This document shows, one piece after another, positions 32,844 through 43,479 of a stretch of DNA of 64,000 bases (positions within the stretch are counted from its first letter, which is position 1; the number at the start of each line of letters is the position of its first letter). A model generated the notes under the pieces. That model was not told where the DNA came from and searched no databases. It saw nothing but the letters and a program-made list of their open reading frames with translations. Origin of the DNA: Psammoneis japonica. Taxonomy: Eukaryota. Made by a program: the position numbers and the translations under genes. The stretch is from NCBI GenBank assembly GCA_008632985.1, contig QPGO01000071.1:297516-361515 (forward strand). Reading direction: 5' to 3'.

Positions 32844-33199
32844 TCATCATCTAATCTGAATCTGAACCCCCCCCCCCTTCCCAAAAACGCACTGATTGAC
32901 AGACTCCTCTTGCAGTACAAATTCTACACACGGTGCACAAGATTCACACTTCTTCGGCCAGGCACCTTGAACCTTGAACCTTTGCTGCGAGCGAGACTGA
33001 TGAAGAAGCCCCGCGCGCCCCCAGCCAGCATCCGCCCCATGAACGTCGAACATCCGTTGCATGTGGTTGCCTCAGTCTCATCTCTACCGGTAGAGCCCTA
33101 CTCTAGCTAGTAGTAGAGGGCTCTGGTCTCTGGTTCTACGACTACAGTGCGGCAGTCTTCTGTAATAACATTGATTTCCTTGTGATAAAATCGACAATC

Positions 33200-33556
33200 A
33201 TGAGTGGTGCTGAAGTTTCTTCCTCGCCGGGTGTGGATCACATTGTTTTGCTTCGCGTGAAAGAAGACACGACGGCAGATCTGATTGAAAAAATGGAAAG
33301 CGGAGTCAATTCTCTCATTTCTATTCCGGGTGTACGTTCCGTTGTAGTGGGAGAAACATTTGCAGAATCATGGATGGAGGATCGACGTGATGGTTTCACG
33401 CATTACATTCGAGTCCGACTCGGATCCAAGGACGATTTGCGTGTTTATCAAGATCACGAGTTGCACATCAAAGTCAAGAAGGAGTGTATTGGTCCGATCC
33501 TTGCTGGTCCTCCAATCGCAGTGGACTGTGCAGCCTCCATGTTGTCGACTGTATGA
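33200..33556 (+). CDS. Dabb (stress-responsive A/B barrel) domain protein
   Basis: VDHIVLLRVK..SIPGV....GE...DGFTH......L..YQDH..H pattern. Confidence 0.85.
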   Translation: MSGAEVSSSPGVDHIVLLRVKEDTTADLIEKMESGVNSLISIPGVRSVVVGETFAESWMEDRRDGFTHYIRVRLGSKDDLRVYQDHELHIKVKKECIGPILAGPPIAVDCAASMLSTV

Positions 33557-34458
33557 AAAAGTCAGTGAGAATCAATTCACTTTCGCTTTGCTTGCACATG
33601 GACGTTGAACACCGATGCAAGTACTTTCGGGACGTATCCCCCAGTCACGAGAAGATTTAATTGTAAGACACGGTGAAAAACGAAAGTAGTGCGTTTCGTA
33701 GCGTTTCTGTCGGCATAGCATGCTCAACTCACCACGGATTTGCAAGATGAGCCAATTGAGAAGAAAATCCTTCTTGTGTCGAATAGCGCCACGACTGTGA
33801 GAGCGCATTGGGGCTGTCGGTAGCACTTCCCCGAGGGTCAGGGTCAGCATTACCGTATGACACATATTGAGTTTGTCAGAAAGCCCTTGTAGTATCCGTT
33901 CAGCATGCTCCCCCGCAGACACACAGCGGGACGAGAAGCAAGCGTTCGGGTCAATACTTTCTCGCTGCAGGAAAGGGAACAAAATTTGAACCAGAACAGA
34001 GACTTTCTATAGCAGACAAAGGATTGGCGACACGGAAACGTTGATGCTTTGAACGCTCTTGTCAATGCCTTTTCTTCTCGGCGCTTGTCAGAAGTGCAAC
34101 TGTTAGCTCTCGAAGTGCAGTTTCACATCACACAAGAAAGGCCCTTGAAACAAGAACAAAACGAAAAGGCTTGTAGAGGAGTCCATCAGATCACTCCCAT
34201 TACCGAGTGCAAAACCAATACAACTGGTTTTGCAGCTCTTTTTGATTGCGCTGGACGGATACGCAAGCCAAAATGATTTGAAATTGAAAATTGTGAGATC
34301 ATTGTCGGAAGGAGCGTGGAGCGTGGAAGGAGGTGCGGCGGCTGCGCATGCGCGCGAGCACCAATGATAACAACAAATTTATTTCTTCAACACCGCATGA
34401 TTTGATAAACAGATTTGCCGATTTTCAATTTCACAATGACACTCAAAAACTGTCTCCC

Positions 34459-35229
34459 ATGAGCTCCTATGTTGCATCGACAGCCTCCGCTCCTTTGGGC
34501 GGTACAGTCATATCCCAACAAAATGTGTCCGAGGCTGGAAAGTTTGCAAACGCGAGGGCATCGGACTTGAAGAAGGATCTGAACGAAGGAAGTTTGTCGC
34601 TTCGCATCATGGCCTTGTTGGGGGCTCTCGCAATGATGGTTGTGTCCTTGCTTGGTTTCTTGGGCCACGTCCTTACGCTTCGATGGGTCTCTGCCATGTT
34701 TGAAGTCTACAGTTTCATTTTGGGCATTGTGATTGTTATTCTAGAGTACGGAAAACAACTCAGTTTCTTTTCTCGATTTGAGCACGGACTTTATAAGCAT
34801 GCTTCTTTTCTACGATATGTATGGGGCCGCGGTTTTCTTTACTTTTTTGCTGGGACTCTTGTTCTTTCTCAGAACGTCTTGGTTGATTTGGTGGTGGGAG
34901 GATATGTTTGTTTCGTGGGAATTGCATACATCTGGGTTGGTCGGACTGCTGCTAAGAAAATGGGAGCGCTTCGGAGATCCTCTGTCACTCCCGAGCAGCT
35001 GCAGGAGAAATTCGCAAACGCGGACGTTGACGGAAAGGGATCGCTTTCAGCGGATCAGTTTCATGGACTGACGAATAATCTGGGAATGGATCTTACGCGA
35101 CGGGAGGTCGAGTCCGTCTTTTTGCAGTTGAATTGTGAAATGAACGGACGTGTCTCTTATGAAACTGTGCTCCAGTGGTGGAACAATGAAGCATCGGAAC
35201 AAGATAACTTCCAGGCTACTGTGATTTGA
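34459..35229 (+). CDS. COPI-associated (TVP15-like) membrane protein with C-terminal EF-hand pair
   Basis: Four TM segments; Y...G...LE and FL.YVWGRGFLYFFAG motifs; ADVDGKGSLSADQF and LNCEMNGRVSYE EF-hand loops. Confidence 0.8.
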   Translation: MSSYVASTASAPLGGTVISQQNVSEAGKFANARASDLKKDLNEGSLSLRIMALLGALAMMVVSLLGFLGHVLTLRWVSAMFEVYSFILGIVIVILEYGKQLSFFSRFEHGLYKHASFLRYVWGRGFLYFFAGTLVLSQNVLVDLVVGGYVCFVGIAYIWVGRTAAKKMGALRRSSVTPEQLQEKFANADVDGKGSLSADQFHGLTNNLGMDLTRREVESVFLQLNCEMNGRVSYETVLQWWNNEASEQDNFQATVI

Positions 35230-35818
35230 TGGGCAACGCTGTTTATTAGAGCTAAGTCTCTAGCTACCGCATGAATTTGTATTTTTTGGTGTTGATGCTC
35301 GGGCCAACCCTGCTGAGATCTGGAGCTACCGATACAGCACATGGTATTACTCACAAGGAGAGATGAATATAAGTAAATCGATGGTCTGAAGGAATTACGC
35401 CAATTTCTTAGCCCACGGTGTCACCGTGTCATATGCATTTTAAGGGGAATCGTGCCGCGCTCTGGAGACCGCGATGCTCTTCCTAGCGGTACACAGACCA
35501 CTGAATGTATGATAAACAGTTGCTCTCGTGTTGGGTGTATGCGCACTATAGACTATAGCCCCGTCAAAGCCAAAGCACACCGAAACTCAACACAATAACA
35601 GGAAGGCAACCGAGGAGAGTTTCAGACGTGCATCGTGCACGACTGATTCATTCGACTGCGTGTCTTCTTTTTTGCCCCATGTTTTTTGGGTTTCAGACAG
35701 GTGTCAAAAAATGAGAACGCCTTCAAAATTCTCCTCAAGAACCCCCTTCCTCTACCTATTTGCACCTATTGATAGTTTCTGATATCTATTTTCCACTACC
35801 AGCCAACGACAAGCAGAG

Positions 35819-36412
35819 ATGACATTTACATTGACGTCTTCTGTCTTACCAACAATGGTGCTATCCCGCCAGTTTACACTCGTTGTGACGGGGAGGATCT
35901 TTCGCCTCCATTGGCATGGACCGGTGCACCAGACACGACCAAGTCCTTGCTCTGATTGTCGACGATCCCGATGCCCCTGATCCCGCCAAGCCAAAGATGG
36001 TGAGTGAAGCTATTTAATAGGCAAAATCAAGAGACTGCGTTTTCCCCTTTTGTGTGGCGTAATGCTCATACCGACTGTCCCGTCTGCCGTCTACTTCTTA
36101 TCAGACATGGGTTCACTGGGTGTTGTATAACATCCCACCGAGTACCAGTAGCTTGGACGATTCTGTTAGTGCCACCACCTTCCTGCTGGTACGAAAGTAG
36201 CCTTGAATGATTGGAAAGAAAATAAATATGGCGGACCGTCACCTCCAATTGGCACGCATCGATACTTCTTCAAACTGTACGCCTTGGATATGGTGTTACC
36301 CGATCTGGGAGATCACGCAACCAAGAAGGATGTCCGGCATGCCATGAAAGGTCACGTTGTGGCAGAAACAGAACTTGTAGGGCGGTACAAGAAAGCCGAA
36401 AGGAATGCGTAG
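35819..36412 (+). CDS. YbhB/YbcL (bacterial-type PEBP/RKIP) protein; intron 36000-36104; three 1-bp deletions, likely assembly errors
   Basis: Restored: MTFTLTS..NNGAIP..YTRCDGEDLSPPLAWTGAP..TKSFALIVDDPDAP..TWVHWVLYNIP..NDW...YGGPSPPIGTHRYFFKLYALD; missing bases at about 35846, 35947 and 36178. Confidence 0.85.
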
Positions 36413-36712
36413 AGGGTGGATGAAGGGAGTATGTTGTGATTAAGCGGACAAGTGATGTGCGCAATGATTACCATGGAAATTGCACTTGATAATGGTTCGT
36501 ATAATCTAAAGTGATCCTTTGACAAACAAAGATCCAAAGATTGTTTGATGCTACAAAAAATCAATTACTGGGTAGTGTATAGGAGCCTGTGTTTCTCTCT
36601 GCGCTTTGGGTTGGATGATGATAAGCATGCTTCATTTGCATCACTGGGATTACTTCCGCATGTTTGGAGCCACTGTGTAGCTACTTTTTAAAGGGTTGAT
36701 TCTTTTGTGTTA

Positions 36713-38899
36713 TTACCAGACCATGCCACTTCTGCCACTGAAGTCGTCCGTAATCGGGCACTCGCCCCACCTCGTGCAGATGCTTCTAAAGACGAGCTTG
36801 GAGACCGTTGAAATGTGGTGCCCAACAAAGGCTCGACAGAACTGAGCGCCGTGGAGACTCTCAATGAATGGATCCCAATCACTATAGGTCTCCTTGCTGT
36901 ACTGGTTATGTCCCGAAATGACCTCAATGAAATAACCCTCTTTTAACCACGGCGCCCGCTTCTCTTTGCCGACAACCTCTGGATCGTCTGTCATAACAAA
37001 CACATGCTTTGCATCACCGAGCTGGGCGAGCATCGGGACAGCCTTCTCCATGTAGTCCTTGAGCGAGAGATCCATGCTACAGACATCACTCCCTGGGTTC
37101 TCCTGGCACCGGTCTATGTTGTCCCCGCGGCGAATGTGCAGCGTGGCACACTGCCCCATTGCCAGGGCAGACTCCCATCCCTCGCCACGAGCGATCATAG
37201 CAGACAAACGTGGATGATAAAGGCGGGCGATGCGATTCCTACTGGACCGATTGAAGCGGGTTAGAAAGCTGCTGAGGATGTTGATATGCGACGACCGTGG
37301 CTGTTTTAAAGCAGTTCCATTGTGGCTGCCAAGGACATTTTGGAGAATGGTCCCTTCATTCCAACAGCAGGGTCTTCCGTCGTCCCCGCACTTTAAGCCA
37401 GTGAGCTGCACAATGCAGGTAGGTATCCTAATCCTGCTCGTAAACTCCAGTAACTTAACGCCAGTCTTTTCAATCTCCCCGAAGCCCATCGGTAATGATG
37501 GATCTGACAAGAGTTCTGGAGTTATTGACCTTGGTTCGCCTTTATAGCCAAACTGACTCTGTGGGCACCAATCGAAGAACGGCTTAGCAGGAGGGGCATG
37601 CGAATTAAGATCGTTGGATGGCGGGGCTTGCTCTCGGCTCGACTGGCAAACCTCGCTGGGAACTCCGTTCCTCGGGAGAGCTACTTTCATATTGCTCCCC
37701 AAACTGAATTGGCTCATACACTTAAGCGAGGGATCAACGCGGTCGTGGAGGCAAGTCCCACCAAAGATGGGAAGGAAGACGCAGTCTAAGCCATTCACGA
37801 CGCCAAGCTTAGGATCTATAGCGGCAACTGTTTCGGAGCTACAGGTGTAAAAATGGTACGTTCGCGCCCATTGCACAGGTTGAACACGGACAAAGGGGAA
37901 GCCCTTTCCAATGGCCGTGGCAAACCTATTGGCATTTCCAAAGGTCATGGCTCCCAGGAAGTCCTTTGGACCACCGTACTGCACCAATGTCCTCCCTTGG
38001 TTCCATGCCAAGTCGGCGGTACACTCACTGTCCTTGCCAGCATCGGCGGACGTGCCACTCGGGAATTGGTAGCGCCTTAGGGCGCCGGCGAATGCTGCCA
38101 ATTGCTCCTCTAAGACTCGAAGGAGAATCAAATCGACATGAATCAATTCGTCAATCAAGATAGAATTCCCACCGGGGGCCGCAGCAGCCTTGCCGCTCTC
38201 ACGCAGCGTTCTGCCGCTCGTATTGTCATGCAGTGTGTGGATCACTGAGATGAAGGGGTCTGCAAATGTTCCGGTTTCAGTCGGTGCATAGGCTGACGGG
38301 TCCAATAAGAGTCGTGTCTGAGACTGTTCAGCCGGCTTTGCCTTCCTAAAGTTACCGCCGCTTGTTTTGTTCCCAGGAGAAGCGTCAATGTCAGAAGACT
38401 CCTCCTTGTCTATGAAGCGCTCCACCATAATGCGCCAGTCCATGCGGGGAGTAAGAAACTCGTCAGCAACCAGGCCCAGTGATTCGATCATGTGAATTTT
38501 CCGACGATCAACGACGCTTATCGCGACGACGGCGGTGACTTTTGCATGGTCCTCGGCAGCATTAGAAAGTGCTACGAGGTGATCCAATAGACCGGCGTTG
38601 GACTCGAGACATCTGTTGGAAAGTGGTTCCAACTGCAGCTGGCCCGTACGATCGAACGCTGAAACGCTGTAAACGCAGTTCGAGTTCACATTCGCATCCT
38701 CGTTCAACTCAATGCTAATTTCCTCTTCCTTCTTCTCCCTTTCTTGCTGGTGCTGAAGGTTGGTGGGTCTATCGGTCGACTGTTTGCTCACTTGATTTCG
38801 AACCCCGATAACGTCGCTGTCGACATTGAAGCGCACCACAACTCCCAGGATAATGAGAAGTGCGCCACCAACAGGCAGCGCACGTTTCCCGGCACGCAT
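36713..38899 (-). CDS. Type II membrane glycosyltransferase, alpha-1,6-fucosyltransferase (GT23)-like, paralog A
   Basis: N-terminal TM anchor; LHIRRGD (motif I), VFVMTDDP (motif II), AQFCRAFVGHHISTVS (motif III). Confidence 0.75.
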   Translation of the reverse strand: MRAGKRALPVGGALLIILGVVVRFNVDSDVIGVRNQVSKQSTDRPTNLQHQQEREKKEEEISIELNEDANVNSNCVYSVSAFDRTGQLQLEPLSNRCLESNAGLLDHLVALSNAAEDHAKVTAVVAISVVDRRKIHMIESLGLVADEFLTPRMDWRIMVERFIDKEESSDIDASPGNKTSGGNFRKAKPAEQSQTRLLLDPSAYAPTETGTFADPFISVIHTLHDNTSGRTLRESGKAAAAPGGNSILIDELIHVDLILLRVLEEQLAAFAGALRRYQFPSGTSADAGKDSECTADLAWNQGRTLVQYGGPKDFLGAMTFGNANRFATAIGKGFPFVRVQPVQWARTYHFYTCSSETVAAIDPKLGVVNGLDCVFLPIFGGTCLHDRVDPSLKCMSQFSLGSNMKVALPRNGVPSEVCQSSREQAPPSNDLNSHAPPAKPFFDWCPQSQFGYKGEPRSITPELLSDPSLPMGFGEIEKTGVKLLEFTSRIRIPTCIVQLTGLKCGDDGRPCCWNEGTILQNVLGSHNGTALKQPRSSHINILSSFLTRFNRSSRNRIARLYHPRLSAMIARGEGWESALAMGQCATLHIRRGDNIDRCQENPGSDVCSMDLSLKDYMEKAVPMLAQLGDAKHVFVMTDDPEVVGKEKRAPWLKEGYFIEVISGHNQYSKETYSDWDPFIESLHGAQFCRAFVGHHISTVSKLVFRSICTRWGECPITDDFSGRSGMVW

Positions 38900-38999
38900 G
38901 TTCCCGACAGCCTGCCTATTTTGCTTCGCTTGATTTTATGTTATTGACGTTCCGTTTGGTCTCTATGGTAAGTAGTGAAACATAGAAACCGCTTGACCA

Positions 39000-40810
39000 C
39001 TTGGGTTTTGGAAGCACTCACAACAGTGGTGCCTTGACACTGAAAATGACACTTGACAATGAAAATGAGAGGAATGCATGGAGCAAATCCAGACATCATC
39101 ATCGTCCATTGTCGCGAGGAGTCGCGACCGGTGTTGGTGTTTCAGTGCGTGTGCTGCGTCAATGACCCTTTCCGATCTTTGGACAAAAATAGAAGAATTG
39201 TGACTACTCACTCCGCGCCCGCGCTGGGCTGCTGCTGGCTGGGCTGCTGGGCCGCTCTGCCCTGCTCGTCGCGCGACCAGAGGGCACGTCCCACAACAAC
39301 CCCCTGCCATTGTTGGGGGAGCTCCACCAGTGCTGTCAGAGTCTGTTCCATGCCCCCCACGCTTCTTGGAAAATGAAGCATCTCCAGCCACTCCAGCTCC
39401 CTTGTCCACTGCACAGCAGCTGCAGCACCAGCATCCAACACAGCAGCTGCAGCGGCGCCTTTGGTGCGCCGCTGTTGCAGCACAAGCTCTTTGCCCGAAG
39501 CAGTGCTTCCCATGCAAACCACCCTGCCTGCACTGTGTTGCTCTGACTCTTTCAAGCTCAGTGTCTGTTTTGAATTAAGCAAGAACAACCAAGTTGAGGC
39601 ACAGGCCATCTTGCACTTCCTCCGTCTTGTTCTACACACAACCTTTTTGTTTTTTCTGGGACACCAGCAGCAGCTCCTCCTGAGTTGATGCCTGGCCAGC
39701 AGAGAGGAGGATTTGAGAGTGGTCTGCAAAACCCCTCCAAAGACATCTGCTGGAGAACTCCACCACAATTTTACAAGCTTGGCAAGGCCAGAGCAGATTT
39801 CAGCTGGGCCCTCCTGCAAAACCCACGCGCACAGTCAAAGCAAAAGCAGCCGACTCTTCCTGCAAGCCCCCCCCCCCAGCCACCCCAAGCAGCATGGAGA
39901 AACAACTCCAGAAATTTTTCTCATGGATGACCCAGATGTGCCCCCCCCCCTGGCATGGCAAGGCACTTCTTCTTGCTGACACTCTGTGCTGGCAGCAGCA
40001 ACCCCAGCTCTGTGCAAGATCGCTGCCACCCGGCATGTGTTGGGAGGGCAGAGCAATGTTGGGGAGGAAACCATGTGTGTTGCTCTCTGGATTTTACACC
40101 ACTCACCACACCATGCTGCAGCTGCTGGCTGCCTCCCCCCCCTTGCAACAAAGATGCGCGCCATGCCACGAGCACATCGCACACTGTGGGCTGCCCCTTG
40201 ATGGCCCCTTTTGCCTCAATTTTTTGTCACACTCACACAAGAGCTGCAGCTCCAATCTCTGTGAAAAAGGGGGAAAATGTGCTGCCTTGTTGTTTGAAAA
40301 GAATCATGTTGCCACCAGCACATCACAAGGGGTCTTTTCCTGTGTGGTGGTGTGTGTCCCCCCCCCCCCCGCCACCACTCCAGGAGCTCAAGGGATGCCC
40401 CCTTGCTCTTTCAATTCAGTCATTCAATTCATCATTTGCTGCCTTTGTGTGTGAAAATTCAGTGAAAAAACAAGGGACAGCCAAGAGATTTCCAAGAGCT
40501 GGGTGATGCTGCAAAATCCAGAAAGGTGGCTGGGCATGTGTGTTTGTTCCTTGCTCAATTTTGCCACTCTGCATGCTTTCTGTTCTCTCTCATGCATTGT
40601 TGACTTTCTCTTTTCAATCACTTGTGGCTGACATGGGATGGAAATCTGGCTTGCCATCCCAAGGTCAAACAGGGCATGTCATCAATGCTGGGTGCCATTG
40701 TCCACAGGCTCAGACCACTGTCTGGTGTCATGCCTTTTTGGGACATCGAGAGAAAATGGCTTCCATCCAAAAGCCTGTTCTACATTGTTTGCACTCCCAT
40801 GACTGCAACA
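39000..40810. other. TpA/CpG-depleted hypermutated domain 5 (between the two GT paralogs)
   Basis: TA near absent; several poly-C tracts; ends about 30 bp from the paralog B stop codon. Confidence 0.85.
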
Positions 40811-40842
40811 ATTTACATTGAAACTAGGAAGTTACACATCTG

Positions 40843-43041
40843 TTATTGCCAGACAAGGCCACGTTCACCACTGAAGTCATCAGCAATGGGGCACTCGCCC
40901 CATCTTGTGCAGATGCTTCTAAAGACAAGTGCGGAGACAGTCGAAATGTGGTGCCCAACAAACGCTCGACAGAACTGAGCACCGTGGAGACTCTCAATGA
41001 ATGGGTCCCAGTCACTATAGGTCTCCTCGCTGTACTGGTTATAGCCAGAAATCACCTCGATGAAATAACCCTTTTTTAACCAGGGCACCTGCTTCTTCTT
41101 CTTGGCAACCTCTGGATCATCAGTCATGACAAAGACGTGCTTGGCGCCACCGAGCTGGGCGAGCATCGGGGCGGCCTTCTCCATGTAGTCTGCGAGCGTG
41201 AGGTCCATGCTACAAAATAGCTTCTCTCCTTTCTTGCACCGGTCCATGTTGTCGCCGCGGCGAATGTGCAACGTAGCGCACTGCCCTGTTGCCAGGGCGT
41301 TCTCCCATCCGACCCCGCGGGCGATCATGGCCGACAAGCGTGGATAATAAAGGCGGGCGATGCGATCCCTGCTAGACCGATTAAATCGGACAAGATAGCT
41401 GTTGAGGACGCTGTTGAAGAACTCCCGTGATATCTTTTCAGCAGTTCCGTTGTGGCTCCCAAGGACGTCTTGCGAAATGCTCACTTCGTCCCAACAGCAG
41501 GGTCTGCCGTCGTCTCCGCACTTTAGGCCTTTGAGCTCCATCGTGCAGGTCGGCGTCCTCTCGTTTATCGTCTTCATGTCCATCCTGTTCAACTCACCGA
41601 AGCCCATTGGTGCTGAAGGATTTGACAAGAGCTTTGGCGTGATCGTCCGGTTGCTTTCATAGCCAAATGGTTGACACGCTGGGCACCAATCAATGAACGG
41701 CTGGGCAGGGCCACCGTAAAGGTTAGTTGCATTGTATGGCGGGGCTTGCTCGTGGCTCAATCGGCAGACCTTCTTGGGGACGCCGTTCTTCGGAAGGACA
41801 ACATGCATAAGGCTCCCCATCTTAAACTCGCTCATGCACTTGAGCGAGGGATCGACTCGGTCGTGTAGGCAGGTCCCGCCGTAAATGGGAAGGAAGCCGC
41901 AGTCTAAGCCATTCACAATGCCAAGCTCAGGATCAATCGCAGCAACCGTTTCGGCGCTGCAGGTTTCAAAATGGTAAGTTCGCGCCCACTGAGCAGGTGA
42001 GACGCGGATAAAGGGAAAGCCCCTTGCGATAGATTGGGCAAGGGATCTGGCACTGGTTACGGTCCACGCTCCAAGAAAGTCCTGCTGGCCGCCGTACTTG
42101 ACCCAGGTCCGCCCCTTGTTTATTTCCAAACCGGCGGCACACTCACTATCCTCGCCTTCGTCAATGGAAGTGCCTTTGGGGAACTGAAAGCGCCGCAAGG
42201 CATTGGCGAATGCTGCTAGTTTTTCCTCCAAGACTCGAACAAGAATCAAATCGACATGAATCGAAGCGTCAATAAAGTTTGAATTCCCGTCCATGGCCCT
42301 TGCAACGTTTCTGTTCTTGTTCCCGCTCCCCAGCAGCGCTCGACCACTCGCGTTATCACGCAGCGTGCGGATCGCTGCAATGAAAGGGTCTGCGAATGTT
42401 CCGCTTCCGCCCGTTGCATAGGCTGACGGGTCCAACAAGAGTCGTGACTGAGAAAGTTCAGCCGGCTTTGCCTTCCTAATGTTACCGCTGTACGTTTTGT
42501 TCCCAGATGCAACAGAGTCAATGTCAGAAGACTCCTCCTTGACTACGAAGCGCTCCGCCATAATGCGCCAGTCCATACGGGGAGTAAGAAACTCGTCAGC
42601 AACCAGGCCCAGTGATTCGATCATGTGAATTTTCTGACGATCAACGATGGTAATCGCGACGACGGCGGTAGCTTGTGAATTGTCCACGGCAGCGCTAGAA
42701 AGGGAAGTGAGGTGAGTCAGCAAGTCGGCGTTGGAATCGAGACAACTATTGGAAAGTGGTTCCAACTGCAGCTGGCCCATCCGGTCGAAAGCGGAAACGC
42801 TGTAAACACAGTTTGAGTTCACAGTCGCATCCTCATTCAACTCAAAGCTATCGACCTTTTCTTCCTTCTTCTCCCTTTCTTGCTGGTGCTGAAGGTTAGT
42901 GGGCCTATCGGTTGACCGGTTGCTCAGTCCATCTCGAACCTCGTTAACGTCGCTGTCGACATTGAAGCGCACCACAACTCCCAGGATGATGAGAAGTGCG
43001 CAACACACCGCCAAGGAACGTTTCGCGGCATACCGGTACAT
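40843..43041 (-). CDS. Type II membrane glycosyltransferase, GT23-like, paralog B
   Basis: Colinear along its full length with paralog A; same three fucosyltransferase motifs. Confidence 0.75.
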   Translation of the reverse strand: MYRYAAKRSLAVCCALLIILGVVVRFNVDSDVNEVRDGLSNRSTDRPTNLQHQQEREKKEEKVDSFELNEDATVNSNCVYSVSAFDRMGQLQLEPLSNSCLDSNADLLTHLTSLSSAAVDNSQATAVVAITIVDRQKIHMIESLGLVADEFLTPRMDWRIMAERFVVKEESSDIDSVASGNKTYSGNIRKAKPAELSQSRLLLDPSAYATGGSGTFADPFIAAIRTLRDNASGRALLGSGNKNRNVARAMDGNSNFIDASIHVDLILVRVLEEKLAAFANALRRFQFPKGTSIDEGEDSECAAGLEINKGRTWVKYGGQQDFLGAWTVTSARSLAQSIARGFPFIRVSPAQWARTYHFETCSAETVAAIDPELGIVNGLDCGFLPIYGGTCLHDRVDPSLKCMSEFKMGSLMHVVLPKNGVPKKVCRLSHEQAPPYNATNLYGGPAQPFIDWCPACQPFGYESNRTITPKLLSNPSAPMGFGELNRMDMKTINERTPTCTMELKGLKCGDDGRPCCWDEVSISQDVLGSHNGTAEKISREFFNSVLNSYLVRFNRSSRDRIARLYYPRLSAMIARGVGWENALATGQCATLHIRRGDNMDRCKKGEKLFCSMDLTLADYMEKAAPMLAQLGGAKHVFVMTDDPEVAKKKKQVPWLKKGYFIEVISGYNQYSEETYSDWDPFIESLHGAQFCRAFVGHHISTVSALVFRSICTRWGECPIADDFSGERGLVWQ

Positions 43042-43479
43042 GTTTTCTGAACCTTACACAGCTTTAATTCTGGTGAAGGACTTCTGATGCTGCTTGTGCT
43101 CCTTAGAAGTACTGTACAGTGGCAATCGATTGTTCTGGTAAGACAAAACACAAAACACTAAACACTTGAACCTGAAAAGAGAACAGAGAGCGCCTATGGC
43201 GAGGTGATTGCCGTTCGCATTCGTTCAACTCAATACCGACCACGACCAAAAACTGCCACCTACCTACAGCCCGCGCGCAGAGTTACTGTAGTCGATCGTT
43301 TTGCCGTCCAAGAAAAAAGACTCGACTGTGTAGGACGGAACGGAATTCGTTGTCAAAGATTTATGTATGTTTAGGTCTCTCTAGTAGTCGTGCTCTCTGA
43401 ATATATTCGGCACATATACAAGAGTGGGGGACATGCTGTACACAGCACGAGTCGTACATTGGTTAGCGGAAAAAGCCGT

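Larger units (their letters stand above)
20400..33070. other. TpA/CpG-depleted hypermutated domain 4 (about 12.6 kb)
   Basis: About 30 TA dinucleotides counted by eye in 20400-31000; e.g. 21001-21300 has 1 TA and 0 CG. Confidence 0.95.

Noticed and set aside
20400..33070. Hundreds of overlapping Cys/His/Gln-rich ORFs in all six frames (also in the other TA-free domains) that could look like metal-binding peptides
   Set aside because: Artefact of TA loss: TAA/TAG stops and Tyr codons are erased and TGY/CAY/CAR codons inflated
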